Notes under the pieces: model-generated
Told to the model about the DNA's origin: nothing
What the model saw: the letters and a program-made list of their open reading frames with translations, nothing else
Databases searched by the model: none
Shown: positions 1 through 8,874 of the stretch, piece after piece
Numbering within the stretch: position 1 is the first letter of the stretch
How the letters are laid out: the number at the start of each line of letters is the position of its first letter
Program-made: the position numbers and the translations under genes
Assembly: GCA_044220955.1 (NCBI GenBank)
Contig: JBGAQA010000003.1
Location: 108,749 to 120,960, forward strand
DNA from: Sandaracinaceae bacterium
GTDB lineage: Bacteria > Myxococcota_A > Polyangia > Polyangiales > Sandaracinaceae
DNA length: 12,212 nt
Direction: 5' to 3'

Positions 1-312
1 CGCGTCCGCGGTGCCCGAGTACCAGGCCGTGTGCTCGCGCGAGCGGTAGGGCGAGTAGATGCGCACACCGCCGCCCCGCTCCCGATCGAGCTCCCAGGGC
101 CCGCCGGCGCCGATGTGATCGATGAGCGAGTGCGGCCGGTACTGCGCCAGGATCATCACGTCGAAGACGTTCGAGTTGACGCAGTTCGACAGGACGAAGT
201 CGATGATGCGGAACTTGCCGGCGAAGGGGACGGCGGGCTTGGCCCGCTTGGCGGTGAGGACCGAGAGGCGGGTACCTTCTCCTCCGGCCAGGATCACGGC
301 GCAGACTTTCAT
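1..312 (-). CDS. glgC: Glucose-1-phosphate adenylyltransferase (ADP-glucose pyrophosphorylase), 5' part; runs off the window edge
   Basis: Manual translation from ATG at 312: [68 protein letters not shown]...WYSGTADA. It carries the LAGGxGx[10 protein letters not shown], RIIDFxLSNC and WYxGTADA motifs of GlgC. Confidence 0.96.
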   Translation of the reverse strand, partial: MKVCAVILAGGEGTRLSVLTAKRAKPAVPFAGKFRIIDFVLSNCVNSNVFDVMILAQYRPHSLIDHIGAGGPWELDRERGGGVRIYSPYRSREHTAWYSGTADA

Positions 313-321
313 GTGCTCGCG

Positions 322-327
322 AGCGTA
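322..327 (-). promoter_or_regulatory. Putative sigma70 -10 element (TACGCT) for glgC, leaderless or near-leaderless
   Basis: TACGCT lies 9 nt before the ATG on the minus strand; no SD is visible. Confidence 0.45.
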
Positions 328-365
328 ACCGATCGTTTCCACGGGGATCGAGATCGCTGCGAGGG

Positions 366-396
366 TTGACGGATACCGGGCGATCTCGGGTACGCT
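366..396 (+). promoter_or_regulatory. Putative sigma70 promoter of the PEGA operon (TTGACG-N19-TACGCT)
   Basis: TTGACG at 366-371 and TACGCT at 391-396, 12 nt before GTG 409. The spacer is longer than the optimal 17 nt. Confidence 0.4.
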
Positions 397-408
397 CGGC
401 GCCGCATC

Positions 409-1856
409 GTGCTGCGATCTCACCCGTTCCTCATCATCGCGCCTGCGCTCCTCGCGCTCGCACCGCTCTCGCTGGCGTCGGCGCAGCCGCGGCGAATCCA
501 GCTTCCGGACGAGGACGAGACGGGCGTCGGCGGTGGCACCCCCGTGCAGGCGGACGAGGCGCCCCCGTCCCCGGAGGACCAAGCACCGCCGGAGGGGCCG
601 CCGCCGTCCTCGGGGCCGCCGCCGTCCTCGGGGCCGCCGCCGCGCGTGGCGGTGGTGTCGGTCGCGGCCGACGACTCGCTCGAGGCCTATGCCCAGCGCG
701 CCGGCGCGGCCGCCCGCCACGAGCTACGCACGCTGGCGACGGTCGACTGGGCGGCGGCCGATCAGCTCTTCCTCGGCTACGACGCCTCCGCGCTGCAGAC
801 GATCGAGCGCGCTCGGGAGCGCCTCGAGCAGGGGCGTCAGGCCTACCTCAACCTGGATCTGGGTCAGGCGATCGAGCTGCTCTCGGGCGCCGTGGCCGAC
901 TTCGACGCCACGGCGGCGGCGCTCGAAGACCCGGAGGATCTCGGTCAGGCGCTGCTCTTCCTCGGCGCCTCCTACGCCTTCAACGGCCAGCAGCGCGATG
1001 CCACGCGCGTGTTCACGCGCCTTCACGTGCAGATGCCGCACATCGTGCCCGATCCGAACGTGTTCCCGCCGGACGTGACCTCGCGCTTCGACGCCGCTCG
1101 TCCGCGCGACGCGGCCAGCCCCGCGGGCTCGATCTCGATCGAGAGCGACCCCCCGGGCGCGATCGCGTACGTCGACTTCGTCGCACGGGGCGCCACGCCG
1201 CTCACCGTGACGGGGCTCATCGGCGGCGAGCACATCGTCCGCGTCACGCGTGCCGGCGCCACGCCGAGCGTGAGCTCGGTCACCGTTCGGGCCCGCGGCA
1301 GCGAGTCGACGAGCGCCTTCCTCGTGGACGACGCGAGGACCAGCGGTCTGCACGAGGCGATCGCCGCCATCCGTGACTCGGACATGGCGTCGGCGCCGGC
1401 CGGCTCGCCCGTCAGGCAGGTCGCCGAGATCCTCGACGTCGAGCGCATCGCCGTCATCCGCGTGTCGAGCGCCGAGACCGAAGGGTCGGTCGGGATCGAG
1501 CTGCTGGTCTACGACGTCGCGAGCGGGCACCGCCTCCTGCGCGGCTCGGGCACCGCACCGACGGGGATCGGCCAGCTCGAGTCCGCCGTGCACCAGGTCG
1601 TGTCGGGCGCGCTCGAGACGGCGTTCACCTCCCGCCCCCAGGTCGCGGTCGAGCCGCCGCCGCCCGTCGACGACGAGAGCCCGCTGCTGCCCCCTCCGCC
1701 TCCGCCCAGCCACTCGATCGTCGAAGAGTGGTGGTTCTGGACCATCATCGGCGGTGTGGTGGTGGTCGGAGTCGCGGTCGGCGTCGGCGTCGGCGTCGGC
1801 TCGCAGGGCTCGACCGTCGGGCAGTCGCCGAGCGGCGTCGTGGTCCTGGAGTTCTG

Positions 1857-1857
<1 letters not shown>
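409..1857 (+). CDS. Secreted/membrane-anchored PEGA-domain protein with TPR-like helices (paralog 1)
   Basis: Signal peptide (..[12 protein letters not shown]); Pro-rich linker; helical TPR-like region ([33 protein letters not shown]); PEGA signature [38 protein letters not shown]-terminal EEWWFWT plus Gly/Val hydrophobic segment. Confidence 0.85.
595..642 (+). repeat. 18-bp tandem repeat (GGGCCGCCGCCGTCCTCG, about 2.7 copies) encoding GPPPSS
   Basis: Directly visible and in frame within the Pro-rich linker of CDS 409-1857. Confidence 0.85.
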
Positions 1858-3119
<1,262 letters not shown>

Positions 3120-3137
3120 GCGCGCGCGCCGGGCGCG

Positions 3138-4265
3138 ATGCGGCGTGACCTCGCGTTCGGCCTCGCGCTCACGCTCGCCCTCGGCGCGTGCGACGAGGGG
3201 CCGCCGCAGCGCGATCCGGCGTTCCGCACGGAGCGACGCGTCGAGGTCGAGGAGCTGCCGTCGGCGCCCACCCTCGCGGAGGACGAGCTGCCACCTCCGA
3301 TCGCCGAGCCCGCCCCGCCCTCCGCCGACGATCCGGGCGCGCGCGTGGTGCTCCCGGCCGCCGCGATCGACTCGGCGTACGACGCGGACGACGAGGTCGA
3401 GTCCCGCCGCTTCGTGTACCGCGTGCACCTCGACGTGCCCTCGGTGCTCGGGGAGCCCGGTGGCGAGGTCGAGACGGCCGCGGCCGAGCTCTTCGTGGAC
3501 GTCGGCGCCGAGCGTGCGCGCGCGCGCTTCGGAGGACCGGGCTGGCCGGCCCTCGGCGAGGTGCGCCTGCGCGGCGACAGCCCGGGCGCATACCTCTTCG
3601 ATGCTCGCGGAGGCCGCCCGCTCCTGCCAGGTGAGCTCGCGACGTGGTTCGAGGGAGGGCCGCCCCGCGCCGGGCCCATCTTGATCGTGCGTCGGGATCC
3701 GGCGCTCCGCGGCGCGGTCGATCCGGGCCCCGGCACGCTGCTCTGCGCACTGCTCGCGGAGTGGATGGGCGAGGCGCGCGACGGTGTGATGCGGCGCTGC
3801 ACCGCCGGGGCCCCGCTCTCCTTCCGCGTGGGCTTCTGGCGCGGCGAGCGCATGGCGGACGTGACGGTGCAGGCCGCCCGCCGCGAGCTGCGGTCCGACC
3901 ACGAAGCCCCTCCGGAGCCCGTCCCCTACGCGAGCTCGGGGAGCTTCCTCGAGGCGACGGCCCTCGCCCGGCTCACGCCTCGCGCACGCGCGACGGCCGA
4001 GCCCGTCGACGACGGCCTCGGGCCGCAACCGACGCAAGGGCTCGACGTCGTCAACCAGAGCGAGGCGCGGATCATCGTGGTCGCCGACGGCGTGGCGATC
4101 GGCTGGGTCGACGCACGCGCCACGGGGCACTTCGCCGGGCTCGCCGGCGGCGTCCACGAGATCGCCGCCATGCGCCCCCTCGGCGCCGTCGTCATGCGTC
4201 CGCGCGAAGTGCTCGTGCCCGGGCGCACGATCCTGCGCGCCCCGCGCCGTCCCACGGCGGAGTGA
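3138..4265 (+). CDS. Hypothetical lipoprotein with a C-terminal PEGA-like beta-sandwich
   Basis: Lipoprotein signal MRRDLAFGLALTLALGA-C; Pro/Glu linker; C-terminal LDVVNQS..IIVVADGVAIGWV..GLAGGVHEI; starts 18 nt after the previous stop; GC3-rich frame. Confidence 0.75.
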   Translation: MRRDLAFGLALTLALGACDEGPPQRDPAFRTERRVEVEELPSAPTLAEDELPPPIAEPAPPSADDPGARVVLPAAAIDSAYDADDEVESRRFVYRVHLDVPSVLGEPGGEVETAAAELFVDVGAERARARFGGPGWPALGEVRLRGDSPGAYLFDARGGRPLLPGELATWFEGGPPRAGPILIVRRDPALRGAVDPGPGTLLCALLAEWMGEARDGVMRRCTAGAPLSFRVGFWRGERMADVTVQAARRELRSDHEAPPEPVPYASSGSFLEATALARLTPRARATAEPVDDGLGPQPTQGLDVVNQSEARIIVVADGVAIGWVDARATGHFAGLAGGVHEIAAMRPLGAVVMRPREVLVPGRTILRAPRRPTAE

Positions 4266-4268
4266 GCG

Positions 4269-4288
4269 GAGGCCTTCCGAACGGCCTC
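4269..4288. terminator. Short hairpin between convergent genes (GAGGCC-N8-GGCCTC)
   Basis: 6-bp inverted repeat in the 21-nt gap between two stops; no U-tract. Confidence 0.3.
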
Positions 4289-4943
4289 AGGTGCAGTGCA
4301 TCGTGCCGTCGCACGTGCCCGACATGCAGTCGGCGTTCACTCCGCACGCCGCGCCAGCGGCGCACGTGCGGCCCATGCCGACGCAGTCCGCACCGCCGCA
4401 GTCGATGGCAGTCTCGGTGCCGTCCAGGATGCCATTCGTGCAGCTCGGCCCGGCGTCGCTTCCGGCGTCGCTCCCGGCGTCGCTCCCGGCGTCGTCGCCG
4501 GCGTCGTTGCCCGCGTCGCTTCCCGCGTCCATGCCCGCGTCCATGCCTGCGTCGCTTCCGGCATCGCTTCCGGCGTCGCTTCCGGCGTCGTTGCCTGCGT
4601 CCATGCCTGCGTCGTTGCCGGCATCCACGCCGGTGTCGGGCAGGACCGCGGCGTCGCGGCCGGCGTCTCCGATCGTCGCGGCGTCGTTGCCCGCGTCGCC
4701 GCTGCCCATGTCCGGCAGGTTCGCGTCGGGCAGGTTCGCATCGACGTTCGCGTCGCTCCCGGCATCACGCCCCGCGTCGGAGCCGCCGTCTCCCGGCCCG
4801 ACGTCCACGCCCACGCCGGTGTCGGCGCTGATCCGCGATCGATCGAAATGGACGAAGAGCTCGCAGCCCGCGGCGAGGGGGGCCGCCAGGACTGCGATCG
4901 CGAGGACCGGGAGCGCGCGGACGAACGGACGGTGAGTGGCCAT
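4287..4943 (-). CDS. Lipoprotein with Asp-Ala-Gly repeat stalk and C-terminal Cys-rich domain, 218 aa
   Basis: Likely start ATG 4943: MATHRPFVRALPVLAIAVLAAPLAAG-C lipobox; DAGx repeats; terminal 8-Cys module CTNGILDGTETAIDCGGADC...C..C..C..C..C resembling myxobacterial Cys-rich repeats. Confidence 0.82.
   Translation of the reverse strand: MATHRPFVRALPVLAIAVLAAPLAAGCELFVHFDRSRISADTGVGVDVGPGDGGSDAGRDAGSDANVDANLPDANLPDMGSGDAGNDAATIGDAGRDAAVLPDTGVDAGNDAGMDAGNDAGSDAGSDAGSDAGMDAGMDAGSDAGNDAGDDAGSDAGSDAGSDAGPSCTNGILDGTETAIDCGGADCVGMGRTCAAGAACGVNADCMSGTCDGTMHCT
4446..4625 (-). repeat. 15 tandem 12-bp units encoding D-A-G-[S/N/M/D/P]
   Basis: Counted from the translation (DAGN DAGM DAGN DAGS...DAGP). 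More degenerate units (DANLP x2, DAGR, DTGV) continue to about 4825. Confidence 0.92.
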
Positions 4944-4951
4944 CGGGTCAG

Positions 4952-4981
4952 AGGCTACCGATCCTGGGGCCCTTTCGCCAA
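4952..4981 (-). promoter_or_regulatory. Putative sigma70 promoter TTGGCG-N18-TAGCCT for the DAG lipoprotein
   Basis: Minus strand reads TTGGCG (4981-4976), 18 nt, TAGCCT (4957-4952), 8 nt, ATG 4943; no SD. Confidence 0.5.
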
Positions 4982-5004
4982 GACCCTGCACGTGAAATCG
5001 GCCT

Positions 5005-6423
5005 TCACACCATCTCGAGGAACAGCGACTCGGGATTTTCGAGGAATCCGATGATGTCGTAGGCGAACGCCGCCCCGACGTGCCCGTCCACGATGCGATG
5101 GTCGAAAGAGAGCGAGAGCAGCATGACCTCGCCGATCACGATCTGGTCGTCCCGGACCACGGGCTTCTTCTTGATCTGGTGCACGCCGAGGATCCCGACC
5201 TCGGGGAAGTTCAAGATCGGCGTGGCGAAGAGGCCGCCCTGGGAGCCGAGCGACGTGATCGTGAAGGTCGAGCCTGCGAGGTCCGCCGAGGCGATCGCCC
5301 CCGCCTTCGCGGCGGTCCCGAGGCGGTCGATCTCTCGCGCGATGTCGAGGATCGACTTGCGGTCGGCGTCCTTCACCACGGGGACCATGAGCCCCTGATC
5401 CGTCGAGGCGGCGATGCCGACGTGGAAGTACTTGCGCGTCACCAGCTCGTTCGTGCTCTCGTCGAGAGCGCTGTTCAGCACGGGGTGCTTCTTAAGCGCG
5501 GCGACGACGGCGCGCACGATGAACGGCAGGAACGTGAGCTTCACGCCCGCGGCCTCGGCGGCGGGCTTGAGCTTGTTGCGCAAGTCCTTCAAGCGGCCGA
5601 CGTCGCACTCCTCGACGAAGGTGAAGTGCGCGGCCGTGTTCTTCGCCGTCTGCATCCGCTCGGCGATCTTCCGGCGCACGCCCACGAAGGGCTTGCGCAC
5701 CTCGAGCTCGCCCTCGCGGGGTGCGGTGCCCGCGGGGACCTGGACCGTCATCGGAGCGCGGCCGCCGACGCCAGGGGCGATGCCGAGGGCGGGCCCCGGA
5801 CCCCCGACCGGCCGGTGCGCCTTCGTGGCCGCCCCGCCGACGAACGCCCGCACGTCCTCGGCCGTGACGCGGTTCCCGTCTCCGGTCGGTCGCACGCGAC
5901 GCAGGTCCACGTCGAGATCGCGCGCGAGCTTGCGCGTCGCGGGCGTGGCCAGCGGGCGCTCGGAGAAGTGATCGCCCCCCGGCGACGCGGCCCGGGCGGG
6001 GGTCCCGTTGGCCGGGGGTGCGACCTCCTTCGCGCCGAAGAACGCGGCGCCGGGCAGCGTGTCCTTGATGTCTCCGACCGCCGTGGCCGCGGGGCCCTCG
6101 GCGCTCTTCGGAGCGGCCTTGGCCGCGGGCCGTGCGGCCGCGGGCGCCGCCTTCGTCGTCGTCGGCGCGGCAGCCACGGCGCTGTCCGTCTCGATGACGA
6201 CGAGCAGCGCGCCGACCGGCATGATCTGTCCGACCGTCGCGTGCGTCTCGAGGATCGTCCCCTTCTTCGGCGCTCCGATCGTGACCGTCGCCTTGTCGGT
6301 CATCACCTCGACCATGGGCTGGTCTTCCTTGACGACGTCTCCGCCCTTCACGTGCCACGCGACGATCTCGCCCTCGGCGACGCCCTCGCCGATGTCCGGC
6401 AGCTTGAATTCGAATCGAGCCAT
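5005..6423 (-). CDS. Dihydrolipoamide acyltransferase E2 of a 2-oxoacid dehydrogenase complex (probably branched-chain type)
   Basis: Single lipoyl domain (EVMTDKAT); Ala/Pro linker; peripheral-subunit-binding domain (ATPATRKLARDLDVDL..GDGNRVTAEDV); catalytic DHRIVDG; GAGG SD upstream. Confidence 0.96.
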   Translation of the reverse strand: MARFEFKLPDIGEGVAEGEIVAWHVKGGDVVKEDQPMVEVMTDKATVTIGAPKKGTILETHATVGQIMPVGALLVVIETDSAVAAAPTTTKAAPAAARPAAKAAPKSAEGPAATAVGDIKDTLPGAAFFGAKEVAPPANGTPARAASPGGDHFSERPLATPATRKLARDLDVDLRRVRPTGDGNRVTAEDVRAFVGGAATKAHRPVGGPGPALGIAPGVGGRAPMTVQVPAGTAPREGELEVRKPFVGVRRKIAERMQTAKNTAAHFTFVEECDVGRLKDLRNKLKPAAEAAGVKLTFLPFIVRAVVAALKKHPVLNSALDESTNELVTRKYFHVGIAASTDQGLMVPVVKDADRKSILDIAREIDRLGTAAKAGAIASADLAGSTFTITSLGSQGGLFATPILNFPEVGILGVHQIKKKPVVRDDQIVIGEVMLLSLSFDHRIVDGHVGAAFAYDIIGFLENPESLFLEMV

Positions 6424-6432
6424 GGGTGCCTC

Positions 6433-7422
6433 TCAGTACTTGCCGATCTCGAGCAGCTTCGGCGCGATGCGGTGCGCGAGCGGGAGGTAGTCGTTCTCCA
6501 GCGTGTACGGGAACGGCGTGTCCCAGCCGGTGACGCGGGTCGGCGGCGCCTGGAAGTGGAGGAACGACTTCTCCGTCACCAGCTGGAGCACCTCGGCACC
6601 GAAGCCGCACGCCTTGGGCGCCTCGTGCACGACGACGATGCGCCCCGTCTTCTCGACGCTCCGGACGATGACGTCGAGGTCGAGCGGCCAGAGCGTGCGC
6701 GGGTCGATCACCTCGCACTCGACGCCCTGCTCGGCGACCTGCTCGGCGGCGGAGAGCGCCTCGTAGAGCATCGCGCCCCACGCGACGACGGTGACGTGCT
6801 CGCCCTCGCGGACGACCTTTCCGACGCCGAGCGGCGTCGTGTACGCCTCGTCCGGCACGTCCATCTTCACGGCGCGGTAGACGCGCTTGGGCTCGAAGAA
6901 GAGGACCGGATCGTCGTCCTGGATCGCCGACGCGAGCAGGCCCTTGGCGTCGTGCGGGTTGCTCGGGCAGACGACCTTGAGGCCGGCGGTGTGGATGAAG
7001 AGCGCCTCGGGCGACTGCGAGTGGTACGCGCCGCCCCGGATGCCGCCGCCCACGGGGCTGCGGATCACCATCGGACACTGGTACTCGCCGCCGGAGCGGT
7101 AGCGGAACTTGGCGGCCTCGCTGACGATCTGATCGAAGGCCGGGAAGATGAAGTCCGCGAACTGGATCTCCGGCACGGGCCGCATTCCGTAGGCGGCCAT
7201 GCCGATCGCAGCGCCGATGATGCCGCCCTCGTTCAGCGGCGTGTCGATCACGCGGTCGTCGCCGAACTCGTCCCAGAGGCCGGCCGTCACACGGAACACG
7301 CCGCCGACCTTGCCCACGTCTTCGCCGAGGATCACCACGCGATCGTCGCGCAGCATCTCGAGCCGCAGCGCCTCGTTGATCGCCTGGACCATGTTCTTCT
7401 GGGAGGAAGCCTTCTGAGTCAT
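6433..7422 (-). CDS. 2-oxoacid dehydrogenase E1 beta subunit (branched-chain/pyruvate family)
   Basis: Start ATG 7422 overlaps the E1alpha stop (ATGA). Motifs GEDVGKVGGVFRVT, DTPLNEGGIIG, EIQFADFIFPAFDQI, YRSGG, HSQSPEA and VKKTG-like VEKTGR..VHEA are intact. Confidence 0.96.
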   Translation of the reverse strand: MTQKASSQKNMVQAINEALRLEMLRDDRVVILGEDVGKVGGVFRVTAGLWDEFGDDRVIDTPLNEGGIIGAAIGMAAYGMRPVPEIQFADFIFPAFDQIVSEAAKFRYRSGGEYQCPMVIRSPVGGGIRGGAYHSQSPEALFIHTAGLKVVCPSNPHDAKGLLASAIQDDDPVLFFEPKRVYRAVKMDVPDEAYTTPLGVGKVVREGEHVTVVAWGAMLYEALSAAEQVAEQGVECEVIDPRTLWPLDLDVIVRSVEKTGRIVVVHEAPKACGFGAEVLQLVTEKSFLHFQAPPTRVTGWDTPFPYTLENDYLPLAHRIAPKLLEIGKY

Positions 7423-8333
7423 GCCTCGTGGACCTTCCGCAGCTCGTCGCGCTGCCGGATCAGGTGCGGACCGAGCTCCGCGGTGACGTGGTCGAAGATC
7501 GAGTCGAGCGCCGGGGGTCCGGCGTCGATCGCGGCGCAGATCGCCGCCTCGATGCCGGCCATGACGTCGCGCCGGTGCTGCATGTCGGCGCTCTCGTCGA
7601 ACGCACCCTCGGCGAGGAGCCTCGCGCGAACCTGCGCGAGCGGATCGTGCTCGAGCGAGATCCGCGCCTCGACGATCGTCGGACCCTCGCCGCGCCGCGC
7701 CCGCTCGCACGCCTCGCGGACGGCCTCGAGCACGTGCGTGGGATCGCCCGAGACGTCGACTCCCGCGACGCCGTACGCGATGCCCTTGTCCGCGACCTCG
7801 ACGTCGGGCGCGGGCGCCTCGCTCCCGTCGGTGCGGACCAAGAACACGATCGGAGCTCGGGTCGCGCCGGCGAAATTCACGGCGGAGTGGAAGTCGCCCG
7901 CGTCGGCCGCGGTCTCGGGCAGCAGCGCGAGCACGCAGGAAGGGTCCTTCCGCAGCCGCGCCGCCCACGCGATCCCCATCGCCTGGGTGAGGTGCTGCGA
8001 GAGCTGGCCCGTCGGCGGCGCGATCTTCTTCGCGCGCGAGCAGAAGCAGCCGGGTGAGGCATGCCCCGAGAGCGGGTCGCTCGCGCCGCCGATCACGTGC
8101 GCGAGGTAGGTGCTCACCTCGACGCCTCGCACGAGCGCCGCCGCGTGGTCGCGCGCCGTCGGGACCACCCAGTCGGTGTCCCCGAGCGCGAGCGTCGCGG
8201 CCGCGATCACGGTCTCGGCCCGCTGCGAGTCGGGGTGCAGCCCGATCCGTCCTCCGCGCGCGAGCACGTCCAGCCGCTCGTCGACGAGGCGCGCAGAGAG
8301 AGCGTGGCGGTAGATGGAGAGGAGCTCGCTCAT
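7419..8333 (-). CDS. Divergent 2-oxoacid dehydrogenase E1 alpha-like protein, probably catalytically inactive, 304 aa
   Basis: Start ATG 8333 with GGAG SD. E1alpha scaffold is recognisable (LARGGRIG, DWVVPTARD, GDFHSAVNFA...APIVF, KGIAYG, ARRGEGPTIVEA, DPL), but GDG, NN and the TYR..HS..DD..YR loop are absent. Confidence 0.88.
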   Translation of the reverse strand: MSELLSIYRHALSARLVDERLDVLARGGRIGLHPDSQRAETVIAAATLALGDTDWVVPTARDHAAALVRGVEVSTYLAHVIGGASDPLSGHASPGCFCSRAKKIAPPTGQLSQHLTQAMGIAWAARLRKDPSCVLALLPETAADAGDFHSAVNFAGATRAPIVFLVRTDGSEAPAPDVEVADKGIAYGVAGVDVSGDPTHVLEAVREACERARRGEGPTIVEARISLEHDPLAQVRARLLAEGAFDESADMQHRRDVMAGIEAAICAAIDAGPPALDSIFDHVTAELGPHLIRQRDELRKVHEA

Positions 8334-8450
8334 CGACGGGGCTCCTATATCACGACGGGCCGTGGGGCCAGCGCCAGCGGGGTGAGCGTCCGCGCGGCCG
8401 TGACGCGCTGCGATCGACCCGGCCGGGAGATAGCGTGCTAACCCCGGGGC

Positions 8451-8870
8451 GTGACCGCGTACCCGCACCCGACCGCGTTCATGCCGCATCGGCCGCCCAT
8501 GCTGCTGATCGACGCGCTCGTCGCACACACGGACGACGCGTGTACGTGCGTCAAGACGTTCCGCGCGGGCGATCCGCTGGTCGAGGGCGCGGGTGTGAGC
8601 GCGCTCGTGGTGATCGAGCTCTTCGCCCAGACGGCGGCCGCCCACTTCGGGTACGCGGGGCTGATCCGTGGCGGCCCGATGGCCTCGGGCGCGCTGCTCG
8701 GGACGCGCCGGATCGACCTCGTGCACGGGGCGCTGCCCCTCGGCGAGGCGATCACGATCGAGGTCAGGCGCGTGATGGCGATCCCGCCGATGGCGCAGTT
8801 CGAGTGCGAGGCGACGCTGGGCGGGCGCGTGATCGCCTCGGGCACGATCAACGTGGCGATGGGAGGATGA
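8451..8870 (+). CDS. Hotdog-fold 3-hydroxyacyl-ACP dehydratase-like protein (FabZ/ApeP-like)
   Basis: PHRPPMLLID and IELFAQTAAA motifs, G-x-LLG-x-R segment, 139 aa, directly upstream of fabG. Confidence 0.85.
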   Translation: MTAYPHPTAFMPHRPPMLLIDALVAHTDDACTCVKTFRAGDPLVEGAGVSALVVIELFAQTAAAHFGYAGLIRGGPMASGALLGTRRIDLVHGALPLGEAITIEVRRVMAIPPMAQFECEATLGGRVIASGTINVAMGG

Positions 8871-8874
8871 CGCC

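Noticed and set aside
31..369. Plus-strand ORFs 31-369 and 122-328
   Set aside because: Antisense shadows of glgC, which has clear family motifs on the minus strand.
4446..4625. Tandem repeats as a possible CRISPR array
   Set aside because: Contiguous 12-bp coding units with no unique spacers and no cas genes.
4291..4935. Plus-strand PASL-repeat ORF
   Set aside because: Mirror of the DAGx repeat; the minus frame has the lipobox, Cys module and promoter.
5080..8109. 1009-aa plus-strand ORF
   Set aside because: Antisense to the well-supported E1/E2 genes; no recognisable domain.
7419..8333. Calling E1alpha a pseudogene
   Set aside because: No stop or frameshift; SD and coupling are retained; losses concentrate on catalytic motifs. 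Recent decay cannot be fully excluded.
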